Source: Octopus vulgaris
Lineage: Eukaryota
Direction of reading: 5' to 3'
NCBI GenBank assembly: GCA_951406725.2
Contig: OX597814.1
Location: forward strand, 31,682,001 to 31,746,000
Length of the DNA stretch: 64,000 bases
Below, in pieces: positions 25,601 to 39,929 of the stretch. The position numbers and the translations under genes are program-made. The first letter of the stretch is position 1. The number at the start of each line of letters is the position of its first letter. The notes below the pieces were generated by a model. It worked only from the letters and a program-made list of their open reading frames with translations, was not told the DNA's origin and did not search any database.

Positions 25601-28184
25601 TTAGAAGGACATGCGGCAGATGAGGTTTCTTGGTCATACGCTGCGCCATCTCATTAAATTAGGAGTGAAAAAACAAATGCGAATAGTCAGTACTAAAGTG
25701 ACAGAAGTTTGGTCATTTAGCTGCATACAAAACTTGTCCATTTGTATGAATTTGGATTCTGATGGCTTAGTGAACAGATTTGTGAAAGGTCAAGGGTATT
25801 TAAAGTGTTTGCAGACGTTCAGCAGCATAAAGATTGATGTAATTACTAAACGGGATAAACATTTAAGGATGACAATTTATTCAAGGTTCCACTGTTTTGG
25901 GTTGTGACGGCTGCAAAAGACAGAAATATTTGTCTATATTGCAACCTATGATTTCAGTAAGAGCTGAGATGAGATTAATGCCACTGTTTAGGAAGAACAG
26001 ACAGAATATTAGGACAGTAAATGGAGAGTTCCAGTGAGTGAAAGAAAATGTTTTTGTCTCTGTTTTCCAAGGGAAAACTGTGTGTGGTGCACCTAAGTTG
26101 AACTAAGAGTTTTGTATTATCAACAAAGATAAGTCAAAATAGTGAATGGAATGTTTTGTATTAGGGAAGAGTATGTTGCGACATGTTTAATGCCGAGCAT
26201 CTTCACATGAGTGCTATTCAAACAATCTTAGAATTCAAGATATTCAAACCATGATCATCCTATCTTTTTGTGTACCTAAGATTTCATTGTTTCATATACA
26301 ACTTTTGAAAACTGTAGAATATAATTTCGGTATAGTGTCTGATATTTCTAGTATTAAAACAACTACGGAGAGTTTGTGTGTGTGCGCATATTCCGTATGG
26401 ATTCGAAAATTGAGTTTTCGATTTTAATAATCTTTCGACTACCAAATAAAGTATGTTATTTGCACAAAAACTCTTCTTTTTTTGTACAAGAAACATAATC
26501 TCGAAAACGACGTCAGGTCGCACAATTTTGAGGTCTTTACCTAAGGGTGGCAACTCTGCTTGAACAATATTAAAATACAATATTAAAATACCAGGGAATG
26601 AAACTTCGGAAATGTACCGTCAACTTTATTAGTATTATTTAGTAGATACTCTTTTAATGTGAAGTGTTTAATGTGTTTTGATTTGCCCAGTTTCTTCTGA
26701 TGTAGCAGACACATCGCATAGTTTTTTTGTTTTTTCCCCTTCTTGAAATACTATAAATTTGTGTCTTCCTTTTGATGAAGAAGGTGTGTTTTAAGAGAAA
26801 TTGGCAGCTATTTGTTGTAGCTCAATTTACCACAGAGACACCTCCATCTCTCTCTTTCTGTCTCCCTCACTCTCTCTGTCTCCGTCATTCTCTCTCTCTC
26901 TGTGTTTTGTTGTGGTAAAAATATAATTTTTCTCAGAATATTTTGCACAAAAATTTTTAAAAATATGGACAACGTTCGTAGTGCTAACCATTCAACTTCA
27001 AATTACAATTGTTAATTGTTGGAAGTCAAGTATACTGAGATGTACATGTACTGTTATCGTATAGAGTGGAAGTTCAATATGAAGTTTTGAAGTCATTATT
27101 TTGTGGTTATAAATTCATTACCTCAAATTTGAAGCCATTAAATCTTGAAACATTATTTTACTGGGTTTCGTCTTTCGACTGTCGCCATAATGGGGTATCA
27201 CCTTCAAAAATTTAATTGATCATACTGACCTCAGTACGTATTGCAATCTAGCATTTATTTCATAGATCCCTGCTTGATAAACTGCTAACTTTGAGACGTT
27301 TCTTTCTTAACCTCCCATCATACACGCACACACACACAAACGCACATATATATGTATTATATTATATGCTAGATAATAGCATATATAATACAACTATCTA
27401 CAGAGTTTTTTTTCAAATATATATAATCTAGAAACATATACTGTTGAACTAATGAGAACATTATGTTGTTCGATTTCGTGTTGATTTTCTGTATTAGTAT
27501 AGAAAGGAAAGCGATTGTCAGATGTGCCGCTTATAAATATTCGTAGCTCGGTAAATGTAGCCCCACAGTTATACAGACTCCATTTCAAAAACAAAATTAA
27601 ATACTTTGCAGCATTTTGAACTATTAACAGTCACCTCTTTAGGCCAGATCAGTGTCTGTCGTATACTATGTAGCTTATACACAATTTATGGGATTCAAAA
27701 TGAATCATAACACGTTTAATATTGCCCTGATGAAAATGTTATACCAAAGTGCCAAAGACTAGAATAAGAATTCAATACTTTGGTTTTTATTTACACGGAC
27801 ATTAGTACATAACATTTTATAGGAAGGAACAACACGAGCATTGTGTGATTTGAACACAAGGTATTCAACATCTATTGATCCTTAAACATGTCTACCTTCT
27901 GATGCATTTAATGATTCCATGTGTCAAGGGTGTGGACCATATGATCAAATAAAATTGCTATCTAGGAGTAGCATTAAGACCTTAGGCATGATTTTCTTTC
28001 ACTTCTGTGTGTATACCAAATTTCTGTTCTCTGGTTATATTTGTCAATCTGATTAGAGTAATTAAAAATATATCGTTTCCTTTCACGAATATGATTTCTC
28101 TTTTCCAAACGATAACCCATATAATTCTAAGATGTTGTTTTTCAGTACATTTATATACCTCCTCCTCGTCGTCGTAGTCGTCTT

Positions 28185-28186
28185 TG

Positions 28187-28253
<67 letters not shown>

Positions 28254-28254
28254 G
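28185..28254. repeat. (CAT)n microsatellite
   Basis: Direct inspection. Confidence 0.97.
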
Positions 28255-29606
28255 ATGTTGTCATCATATATTCCGACGTCGATATCGTTATGATCATTAA
28301 GTAATAATCATCAATATCACTTAGTAATCACCAATAATGCGGTACTCATTATTGTTCTCCTTAGCGTTCCTAACCATGATGTTTTCAAGATTATTTGCCT
28401 TGTTTTTTTTTACGTCTTCAATCCTTACACCATATTACCAACATTATGATTATCATAGCTTTTAATTTACATTTTAACATCTCTATATCTTGCCCATGAT
28501 AACCTACAGGTTTTTTTGAAATACATAATCAAAAAGTATCATCTAAGATAAACTTTTGTTCCTAAATCTTACCATAAAATGTTGTCTTCAACTTTCAAAA
28601 ACAACAATTCTATTAGCACCAACATTACCACCACTGCAACCACCAATAACAACAACGTTATAATTACAACCGCTGTCCATCATCACCTGAAATTTCAACA
28701 TAACTGCAACCACCCACCAACAGTCACAGAACCCACCATTCCACACCGTCATTATTATTACGACCCCATCATCATCAGCAGCAACAGCATCACCACCACC
28801 ACCACCACCACCACCGCATGAACAACTAGCTTCAACGATACCACTATAAACAGTAACAACATCAGGAAGAGCTGCAGCTGCAGTAACGTAATTTGCATCA
28901 TTGTTTTCTATATTTCTTATAGAAATTTGATCATGTTTCCGAAATCGTTATATAAATGTTATTTTCAGGTGAGAAAAAGGGAAGAAAAACAAAAATTACA
29001 ACATATATTGTTTGTTTCTAAAGACACTGGAAATATTCTGTGCATTTCAAGTATGTTAAAAACGCATTAATTAAACGTGGTTTGAAACTTTAATAAATGA
29101 ATGATTTCATATTTACGTTTCTTACACTCATGAATATGCTGAGTATATTCCCATAAAGCAATACGGTTTACCGTATTATAAATGGATTCATATGAGTGAT
29201 GATTTAATACATATATCACAGGCACACAAACAAAATGTATACAAATGCAAACAAATATTCATAAAAATATCGCTATACAGTGCGTATGTTTAAAAAAGAA
29301 ATACATACATATTTGTACATACAAGCACACACACACACACAGATACAGATACACACACACAGACACACAACCACACTCAAACACACACACACACACAAAC
29401 ACATATATATATATATACTGGTATTCTGCCGAAATGTATCCATGATTAAAAAGTTTACTCTCCATTCAAGTCGTTTCAAGTTCAAACTCACATCATAGTA
29501 CCTTAGACACGAGCCTACCATACTATGAACTTTAGGTCCATGGAAACTAAAAATATCATATATATTTACCATATATATACACTTACCACACAGCCAATCC
29601 TGCGCC

Positions 29607-29635
29607 TATATATATATATATATATATATATACAT

Positions 29636-29682
<47 letters not shown>

Positions 29683-30130
29683 TACATACACACACGCATA
29701 CATACACACATACACACACACATACACACATACATACATACACACACGCATACATATACATACATACATACACATACACACACATACACACATACACACA
29801 CACACATACACACACATATATAAACACACATATAAGCCTCTACATTGTACACACACGCACACATATATACATACATTCACTCGCACACACACAAACACAT
29901 ACAAACGCACACATACACGCACACACATACACGTACATACATACACTCTCACACAAATGAACCCACACATACATCCCTACACACACACACGCACGTACAA
30001 GCACACACGCACACACGTACTAGGTGAAGCAGTTACTCGCCACACACCCACACTCTACGCATACACACACGAACACACACATGCACACACACACACACAC
30101 ACTACGAACAACACACACACATGATACATA
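29607..30130. repeat. Compound degenerate (TA)/(CA)/(CATA) tract
   Basis: Direct inspection. Confidence 0.95.
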
Positions 30131-30444
30131 TAGCTCTTTGTTTTTTGACCTGGCTTTGACCTGGCTTGATACAAACAGCTAGTAGTCATAAAGGAGTGCC
30201 TTATGACAGCTGACTTTGTCATTGCTTATTATTCACCAAAAATACACACACACACACACAAACACACTTGTCATCCTTGCACACACACACACACACACAT
30301 TCCTTTTTTGAAACTCTCTTGCTTTTAAAAACCATGATTCGACTACCTCCCAACTTCTGTTCTTTCAACATGTGATCTCTTGAGCACCACCAGCTCAAAT
30401 ATTTTTTCCTCTGTCTTCCCTTCTTGGGATCTTTCCTTCTCCTT

Positions 30445-30479
30445 GTTTTCGACGAAGAGCTCCGCTCGAAACGTTAAAC
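30445..30479 (+). ncRNA. Minimal hammerhead-like motif in element about 30340-30588
   Basis: GTTT-TCGACGA-A-GAGC(TCC)GCTC-GAA-ACGT-T-AAAC; downstream ttcctgagcgtcaataatac is shared with family 1; ends at (TA)n. Confidence 0.68.
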
Positions 30480-30694
30480 CCTCCTTCCCTTCCTTCCTGA
30501 GCGTCAATAATACTTTAATTGTTCCCCGTCCTGCGTTGCTGTGTTTTTTTTCTCTCTTTTTTTCTGTGTTTTCTTGTTTGGATTAACTATATATATATAT
30601 ATATATATATAAAACTTAGATATGTTTCGACCAAAGATTGGTACCTAATTTTGCACGTGTTTCGTCAATATTAAATAAGGTAATGTGTTTACCA

Positions 30695-31324
30695 TGAATA
30701 CAATAGGTACACGCCTAAATTCCCGCCCAAACTGGCCTGGAGTGAGAGAAAGAACATAAGGTTATAATGACCAATATAAGAACTACAAAATCATTGCGAA
30801 TTCAGTTAGCGGGTATGGGTAAGAGAAGATTTAGAGCCTCCATACCAGTTAGAGAGTAGATCGGAGTAGTCTGGTTCCTTATCAAAATATAAAGACGACT
30901 AATAGTTAATTATATATGTGTCTTTATGCTATACATCTTATTACATTAGGATTTGAAATGTGAATAGGAAGATTTGAACCCAGGATAAAGTAATTAAATG
31001 GCAGTTAAAAGGCAATTAAACATTCGATATGAGTGCCTCATATACTTCTCTAAAATTAAAATTAAAGAGGAAGGAGAATTCAGAATTTAAGGGGAAGTAT
31101 GGGAGAAGGTGATTTCGAAATGTGAGTGGGAAAGCGTTGGAACTGATAATTATTAGATATGCTCATTAACCGATATGGTGGCTATAACTCTTCTCTTACC
31201 GCTACTCACTAAGTAAACTTTTAATGTCTTTCTAGCTCTTTTATTGGTCATTACAGCCTTATGTTTGGTCTCTCATTTCAGTCTAGCTTTGGTTCGAGTC
31301 TAGGCGTATTCCTACTAAGTTCAT
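30695..31324. repeat. Old inverted repeat (arms about 30695-30851 and 31167-31324)
   Basis: aacataaggttataatgaccaatataagaacta versus tagctcttttattggtcattacagccttatgtt; ggtaagagaaga versus tcttctcttacc. Confidence 0.8.
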
Positions 31325-32754
31325 TGATTGTTCTTCTATTGCTTGAAATTTTTTGTATCATCTAATGAAAACAGTTTGTTTCTTTTTTGCTATGATGTAA
31401 TGCACTCATCCATTTATTAAAATGCGTTAGAAGCAGCTGTAATGGACTGACATTCATTCATCATTTGTTATTTATTTATTTGCTTATGATCCACCAAAAT
31501 GGAATCCCGACCCGTCTGACATTCTGGAGTATATCAAACACGCAGCGAAGCCGTACAACGTGCTCTTTCGACCAGCTCTTATGCGTTAAACACTCGTAAG
31601 GGTGAAATTGTCTGTATGCATAAACTGAATATTTCACTGAAGGTACTTCAGTATCCAGAATATTTATTTGACTAAAGATAGTGTTTAGAAGTTAAAGTAC
31701 CTGATTCTCTCCCGAATTTTTAATATCATATATATATATATATACATGCATACATAAGAAAGTAAGTTAGATGTGAATCCAACCAACTAAGGGATAGTAT
31801 CTATCCAATATACTGCAGGTAGAATATCTTATTAATACACAAGTAAGTGTTGGTTATTGCGTGGCAACTACCCTACTGAGTATAATAATATATATACATA
31901 TATATATATATGAATGTATATACATATATATGTGTATATATATATATATATATATAAATAATTTAGAACTGAAATAAGAATGTTTCTTACAGATAAATTA
32001 GCAGACATACATACAGACGCATGCACACGCATTCACAGGTACGCAGGCACATGCACATACAAAGTCTATAAATTGTAGAAACGTCACGCAGTTAGGATAA
32101 ATTCTAAGTTTCAACTCCGAATGAAATATCCCTATTCTTTGTCACTTATACCATCAGTAACTGTGCAATGACAGCATATAGATAGGATTCTAATGAAGGT
32201 CGTAGTAAGATGTGAGCCGCTAATAAGGATTGAGGTAGTATCTGGCTGTTCGCGTTCAAATGTTGTTCGATAAATTTATACTTACAAAAAAATGATGATG
32301 AGACCACAGAGATAATGAAAAACTTAATATAGGAGAGCAGGCAAGATAGAGAAAATAAATTAAAAGAAATTACAAATAACAAATATAGTAATAAACTAAA
32401 CTCGGCTATATCAAGCATAAATAAATCATTAAACCTAACTGAATTTCAATGTTGTTTAATAAACACAAAGAACTATTAAATATATCTATTAACAAAACAG
32501 AAAAAAATCACAGAAATATAGTTGTGTATATAACACCTGCTCAAATGTAGATGTATATATATATATATATATATAAATAATAAATATTAGGGAATAAATC
32601 CAAATTTACAGGGAAAAAATCAGATTTAGGATTAAATCCAATTTTATAGTAAAATATTATAAAATATTATTAGAGACAAAACCACTATTTTGCAAAACAA
32701 ACAAGGAAAGACTTAATCAATACATAAAATTTTAATAAATAGTCAAAAAAACCG

Positions 32755-32797
32755 CCACTACAATTGTTTCTTGTCTTGATCGACAATCTTCAGGTGG
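32755..32797 (-). ncRNA. Canonical type I hammerhead ribozyme
   Basis: Exact reverse complement of 34101-34143. Confidence 0.88.
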
Positions 32798-34100
32798 ACT
32801 TCCAATCTAAAATATCAATATTTTAAAATATAAAAATAATAATTTTAAAATAATTAAAGTATGAATGAAAAAATATAAATATATAATCCATATATAACCT
32901 ATATATAATCCATATATAATCAATATATAAACAATATATAAACTAAAATAAACCTATCAACAATTAAATATAAAATATAAAATATAAAATATAAAATATA
33001 AAACAAAACAAAAAAATAATAATAATATAATAATAAACTATATATACACCCATACACATATACCTAATTATATATAACCATATCTAACTACATACACTAA
33101 ATCACACACCTATATATATATCCCTATACATACACATAAAAACGTCTAGGCAACTATAAATAAATAAAATAGCTAAATACTTCAACACAATACTTATTCA
33201 TACTCCCACACACACACACATACAACCCACATTCACGCTCTAGAAAACGGACATCACTTAAAATTATGAACGGAGAAATGGAATAAATGGAATTAAAAAT
33301 TATATTCACTTGGTAAAACGAACACTACTTAAAAATTATGAATGAAACAATGCAATAAAACAACAGACATCGCAAATAGACACAAATTACTACGAATTCC
33401 TTAACAAACCTACCATGATAAACCAAAACTCATAAAAACATATAATGATAAAATCTCCCTTTACTAAACTCTATAACATACCTATATAGCAATCCCCCTA
33501 ACCTAAACATTCACACACAAATACACACACGTAAACCACACACCCACGACATATACAAATACCCACACAACTTACACATACCTATACATACATATAAACC
33601 TCAACATATACTCCAAAAACCCACTCAACCCCACACAGACAAATAAACACAAAAATTATGAATGGATTCTTTTATAAAACTACCATGATAAGCTAAAACT
33701 CACAAAACAGTGTTGAAGTATTTAGCTATTTTACTTATTTATAGTTGCCTAGACGTTTTTATGTGTATGTATAGGGATATATATATAGGTGTTTGATTTA
33801 GTGTATGTAGTTAGATATGGTTATATATAATTAGGTATATGTGTATGGGTGTATATATAGTTTATTATTATATTATTATTATTTTTTTATTTTGTTTTAA
33901 ATTTTATATTTTATATTTTATATTTTATATTTAATTGTTGATAGGTTTATTTTAGTTTATATATTGTTTATATATTGATTATATATGGATTATATATAGG
34001 TTATATATGGATTATATATTTATATTTTTTCATTCATACTTTAATTATTTTAAAATTATTATTTTTATATTTTAAAATATTGATATTTTAGATTGGAAGT

Positions 34101-34143
34101 CCACCTGAAGATTGTCGATCAAGACAAGAAACAATTGTAGTGG
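34101..34143 (+). ncRNA. Canonical type I hammerhead ribozyme
   Basis: CCAC-CTGAAGA-TTGTC(GATCAA)GACAA-GAA-ACAATTGT-A-GTGG: full CUGAnGA/GAAA core, GUA site, palindromic stem III. Confidence 0.9.
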
Positions 34144-34230
34144 CGGTTTTTTTGACTATTTATTAAAATTTTATGTATTGATTAAGTCTTTCCTTGTTTG
34201 TTTTGCAAAATAGTGGTTTTGTCTCTAATA

Positions 34231-34310
<80 letters not shown>

Positions 34311-35015
34311 AGTATGTATGTATTTGTGCATATGTATAATTGTTTATGTGGGAATATTCATTCGTCCATGTTTCTATGAGTATGCATTTATATAAATTTA
34401 AAGATAATAAATATAATAAATCATCAAGTGCACAGTGAACAATGAAAATAATAGCGATGGCTTTCGTATTCCTTACGTTTGGCAGGTCGAACATTAATAT
34501 GCTAACACCACTGCATACCCTCTTGGTGAATTTGCAGATTTCTTTTCAGATTCGAATGTGCTAAAAACATACATTTATCTGAAGAAGCTATACTTCAAAG
34601 ACAAATAAAACAGCGATTAGCTAATTCACTTTCAGATCCGCTAGAATGTATCATGAATGAATCTGTACGTCATCGTGTAATACTTCTATTTCCCTCTTGC
34701 ACTATCTTTTTCCCTGTATCTCAGTCTTGCCTTTCTCTGTTTACCCTCGTTTCAGTTCGTTTGCCTTCTATCTTCTCACATTGTGTTTTCTAACACTACT
34801 TGCTAATGTACGAAGTTCACGTTGTCCTGCGTTCCTTACATATTGCAGCGATATTTTGTTGTGAACTTGGAGAATGTAAAATTCTACCGTCTCTCATTAA
34901 TTTCTGCCCTTTTAAAAATTCCCTCAAGAAAAACTTTCTCAAAAGTTGGATTTTTAATTCTGCACAGCAAGTTCAAGTTCACTGTATATATTTTATCGAT
35001 TTTACTTCATATATA

Positions 35016-35110
<95 letters not shown>

Positions 35111-35159
35111 TACATATATACATATATATATGTACATATATATATACATATATATATAC

Positions 35160-35216
<57 letters not shown>

Positions 35217-35365
35217 ACTTATAAATAAGGGCAAACGAAAGAGTTTCTAATGCCAAATATGCCGAAATTGGACATATTGTCCATAACCATATAATTTTTC
35301 ACAATACGCACGCTACTCGAAAAAAGGTCGACAGAAATTTCTAAAAAATCCATTATTACCATAAC

Positions 35366-35412
35366 GGACCGATTTCAGGGTTAGTTCGTAAGAACCCTCC
35401 CTTCGTCAGTGA
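35366..35412 (-). ncRNA. Possible degenerate hammerhead core
   Basis: Minus: CTGACGA-AGGG...CCCT-GAA-ATCGGT-C; no convincing stem I. Confidence 0.4.
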
Positions 35413-35675
35413 TAAATGTGGTAAAGAAATAAATGAGATACTTTCTCATACCCTTGGAAGAAGCAAAACACTAAGTCATGAGCACAACTAAGTACCCCAA
35501 ATACATCCAAAATAGAAATATTCCAGCCTATTCAATTATTTCGTTTACCCTTATTTATAAGTTATTTATAATTTTAACCTTTAAAGGTATTTTTTAATAT
35601 GCTGGCCATTGATAAAATGCTTTTTTTTTCGAAAAAATTTTATCCTACATTAAATATAAATATATATATATATAT

Positions 35676-36053
35676 ATGTTGTGTGAGTGTCTGTCTACTA
35701 CAATTTAGATTCCTAACTACTCCCACATTTTGCGGTGCAGTTTAACCAAAACTGGCTATCTTATAGTCGTGATTCATATCGAGCCCTTCTGGGTATTAGC
35801 GCGCGTCTACGATGAGTCTACGATTTTAAAAATAATTTACCATAATGTTTTTCCATTTTAAAGCATATTTTTTAAATAAAGGGAAGTAACTCTCTAAAAA
35901 TGTCTACGATGAGTCAACGATTTACAAAAAAAATTACCATAATTTATTTTCCAATTTTAATGCATTTTTTGCTGTTATTTAGCTATAACTCTCTAAAAAT
36001 GCTTTATAGTTATTTCCCTTACAAACCCGAGCAACGCCGGGCGATACTGCTAG
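35676..36053 (+). mobile_element. Non-autonomous Helitron, second copy (5' end obscured by (TA)n)
   Basis: Reverse complement of 19611-20005; ends cccgagcaacgccgggcgatactgCTAG|T. Confidence 0.88.
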
Positions 36054-36797
36054 TATATATATATATATATAGACGAGCATGACTCTCATTAGAATCCTAG
36101 ATGCAGTATAATGTCGTCAGTGACCAGGTTACAATACGGGGGAGGAAGGGTTTAACAACATATAATAATTTTTTTTTTATGGGAAGTTAACAGTCTTTGT
36201 GTTTTTAAACGGCTATCAATGAACCTTACGCCTTGCGATCACTCTATCCCTGTGCTCATGTCTGTGTGCACTCGCGCTTTTTTATTTACTTGCTTTAGTA
36301 ATTACACTCTGGCCACGCAGGGGCACGGCTTTAAAAAGTTTTGTTGTCGAAATAATTGCACTAGGGCTTATTCATTTTAAGCTTGGTACTTATTTCGTCG
36401 TTTCATTATACTGAAACGCTAAGTCACGGAGACGTAAAGACAATACCGATCGCCCAGCGATGGTGGGTGACGTAATGCTAATATAAAGAAACATACACAC
36501 TCAGATACACACACACAAGCAGGCACACAAAATTATATATATGTAAATATGAGATTGCGAATTGTCTATATGCCTACATCTGCATATTTATGCATCTAGA
36601 TGCATATACACATATAGGAATATAGATATACGCTTAATACGTATGATTGTCTTTATATAACCTTAAATGTATCCATGAACATATTTCATGAGCTTATTTG
36701 TTTATAATTTTGCATGTTCCAATAATTTTCCTTTGATGATTCTACTATATCTATCTGTCAGTCTATCTATATATCTATCTATTTTTCTATCTGGCAG

Positions 36798-36943
<146 letters not shown>

Positions 36944-37456
36944 CATATATACATATGTGCTGTGCTGTGCTGCACGATCCAGAGAGGAGTGGACAGCGTG
37001 CTGTGACCAGCGGTGTCAAATGGACACCTGACGGACTGGTCGGTCAAAGTGATATACATATGTATATATGTGTGTGCGTGTGCGCGCGCGTGAACGTATA
37101 TATAATTTCTTGCGTGTATGTATATATATAAAGTTATATAAATATATGTATATGACTTAACGGCTCTTATTCTCTCTATCTACATATATGCAAATATACA
37201 CACACAAACACGCTGTTATGTGTAATATACCTCCTCCCCTTAACATACTCTCGTCGACCCGCTCGTTACTTATCGTCAATCTGGCCAGGATAGTTATGTA
37301 GAAGAATCTTTATGATCCTTATAAAGCTTTCAGTTTCTATCTCTTATCGACTTAGATTCTGTCACTTTCTATCTCCTTTCCCAGTTGTATTTTTACGTTT
37401 CCGTTTTTACTTTTATTAGAAGTGTTTTTCATATACCTATTTTTACACACACACAC

Positions 37457-37522
<66 letters not shown>

Positions 37523-37829
37523 GAAAGTGAGAGATAGATAGATAAAATTTATCACAATCTACTTTTGGGGGATAGAGCTTCTATCCCTCAAACTCCTTCA
37601 CTTCCTAAATGTGTTTATGCCGTTTTCTCTGGTAATACTTTTTGGTGCATATATTCTTGTGAATGCTTTCCCGAATAAACTGCGCTTCAGTTTTGAAAAA
37701 CTGCATGCAGCAATAATTTACTACACAAGCACCCAAATATGTACATTGCATGTTATAACGGAAACAGCTGTAAGCTAATGAATTGTAAGCTGCTGAATTG
37801 TATGTAAGCTAACTATAAGCTAATGAATT

Positions 37830-39330
37830 TAGAGGGCCAGTAGCTGAGTTTGTTTTCATTTCATCAATAGCCTTTATTACATCGTCTTCCTTTATATTGA
37901 TGTAATCAATCATTGCTGCCTCCGATTTTATATCTGCAGTGGTAAAGAAGTCAGTTGGATTGCTGACTTGAAAATGCCCTATGGGTGGCGTGAAAATACT
38001 CTTGAATTGCTCATTTAGTATTTCACTTACCCTCATTGGATTTCCTGTGAGTGTGCCATCCTTTTCAAGGAGTGGCTCTATCCTACAGTGCACCGTAGCC
38101 GTTTCTTTGGCATACCTGTAGAAAGCTCTGGGGTTAGATTTTATGTTGTCTATAGCCCAGGCTTCTTTGTCTGCTCTTTCTTTTTCATGGGAGAGTTGCA
38201 GACATTTTTCAACTTCCAACAGTTTTATTTTCAGGCAGGCCCTCGGGCCATCTGACATTGGGCAGATTGAAGTCTCTCATAAGAAGTACACTTATGTGTT
38301 GTTCTAATGTGACTAGAACTTCTTCTATTTTTATAAGGCAGTCTTCAAACTTGCCTACATGGCTTGGGACATATGGAGGGCGATATGTAGCACATATAAC
38401 TACACTAAGTTGCCTTATATGTACAATTAGTGTGTCACACACCGAATTTGAGTGTGACAAAAGGACCTGGGGTGTGAGGTCCTCACGGATGTACATAGCA
38501 ACTCCTCCATGACTCCTTTCTTTTCTGTCGGTCCGCAGTGCAACATAATGTGGTATGTGTATTTCCGCATCTGCTATGTCCGGTTTCAGGTGTGTTTCCG
38601 TAAGTGCTATGCATAGGGCTTGATTGCATGCAACAAAGTCTCTCAAGAACGGGATTTTTGTCCTGTTACTGAGTGTTAGCAGTCCTCTGATGTTCAGTAG
38701 GAGCATCGGGGTGATGTGTATGCTGTTGCCGGTGGTGTCCACCTTGGGTCTATTTGCTGTGGTGGTCTTGTGTATTGTGGATAGTCCCATCTGCAAGTTT
38801 GAGTTTGATGTAGCCAGGTTAGCTGCTGTACAATCTTTTGTGCCATGCACAAAAAAGTTTCTTGTTCAGCAGCTGCCCTTTCAATAACATGTTGGCGGTT
38901 TGTAGCACGCACCACATCTGCGTACCTCCGTTTTGGAGCAGGTGGTGCGTGGTCCATCCCTTTTCCTTTTGGTAGTTGGTTTCTGACTTGTTTCGTGTTT
39001 CTGCGGCAGGGTCCCCGATGTGCAAAACGGCAGCCTGCACCTTCCTCTCCATGCCAGCAGACACCTCTCAGGTAGAACCTACACACCCGTGTGCGCTGTC
39101 TGTTTCCATCCTTTTTCGTACATGGATAGTCAGGTTTGCTTCTATCCTTGGCTGTTTCATTTTTTGGTTTTGTTTGAGTTTTAGTTTTTCCTTCTTTGAC
39201 TGTTTCATCTTTTGTTTTTCTTTTAGTTTTTCCTCCTTTTATTTCTTTTTTGGCTCTTTCATCTCCATGGCTTTTGGTGCTGGTAGGAGCACTTGCACTT
39301 GGGTTTACTTCCCGGGCAGGTTTCTCACTT
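37830..39330 (-). mobile_element. CR1/L2-group LINE fragment: ORF1 with CCCH finger, APE endonuclease and pre-RT linker
   Basis: LLNIRGL..IALTETHL..LRTDR..HGGVAMYIRE..TYRPP..DFNLPNVRW (APE); AIDNIKSNPRAFYRYAK..ILNEQFKSIFT..SATGP (pre-RT); CRFYLRGVCWHGEEGAGCRFAH in the upstream ORF. Confidence 0.9.
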
Positions 39331-39397
39331 GAATCTTCTTCCTTATTATATATAATAATTTTTTCTCTCCCTGTTTCCCTCGTTTTTTTCTGTGTCC

Positions 39398-39433
39398 CTT
39401 TCTGTAGAAGAGCGTAGGCTCGAAACGTAAAAG
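39398..39433 (+). ncRNA. Minimal hammerhead-like motif, family 1, in element about 39355-39525
   Basis: CTTT-CTGTAGA-A-GAGC(GTAG)GCTC-GAA-ACGT-A-AAAG. Confidence 0.72.
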
Positions 39434-39524
39434 ACTTTTTCTATTCCTGAGCGCTATACTAATACATCTGTTTGTTTTGTACACCACCTGTCTTCGTCTT
39501 TTGCTTTTTTTTCGTAAACTTTCC

Positions 39525-39571
<47 letters not shown>

Positions 39572-39624
39572 GAGATGTATTTGCATAGCAAGTGACCTGA
39601 TCTCAGATCGTGTGTTGGAACGAA

Positions 39625-39929
39625 AACAATTGCAGCGTGGCTGCTGTTTAGAAGCCATTTAAGAAACACCTGTCACATACCTGAGTTTTGCTAGGTAAGT
39701 GCTTAGAGTTCGCGTTCCCCTGCAGCACCATCGCAGGTTTGGGGGCGTATGGACTCGCCCTCAGTTTCGGTTCCAGTCTTCGAAGGCGGACAGCACGGAA
39801 TTTTGTCAGTGAACAGGTCGCGGTCTCAAAGCGACGAAAATAATTTGACAAATTAAATTTAAATGTTGAATTGAATCTCACAGATTTTGTGTGTTTCTTA
39901 AATGGCTTATAAACACCTTCCACGCTGCA

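Larger units (their letters stand above)
32658..34240. mobile_element. Young fold-back PLE-like element: ~531-bp inverted arms (32658-33188, 33710-34240), each with a hammerhead
   Basis: Arms are near-identical reverse complements with a 521-bp spacer; (TA)n at both outer ends; strong strand skew. Confidence 0.9.

Noticed and set aside
28579-28821. Thr/Asn/His-rich 80-aa ORF
   Set aside because: Degenerate trinucleotide repeat tract.
30612-30650. Possible minus-strand hammerhead (ACCAA/TTGGT-C-GAAACATAT)
   Set aside because: CUGAnGA box is absent.
34442-34565. Short ORF with signal-peptide-like start (MKIIAMAFVFLTFG)
   Set aside because: About 40 codons in AT-rich DNA with no splice or homology support.
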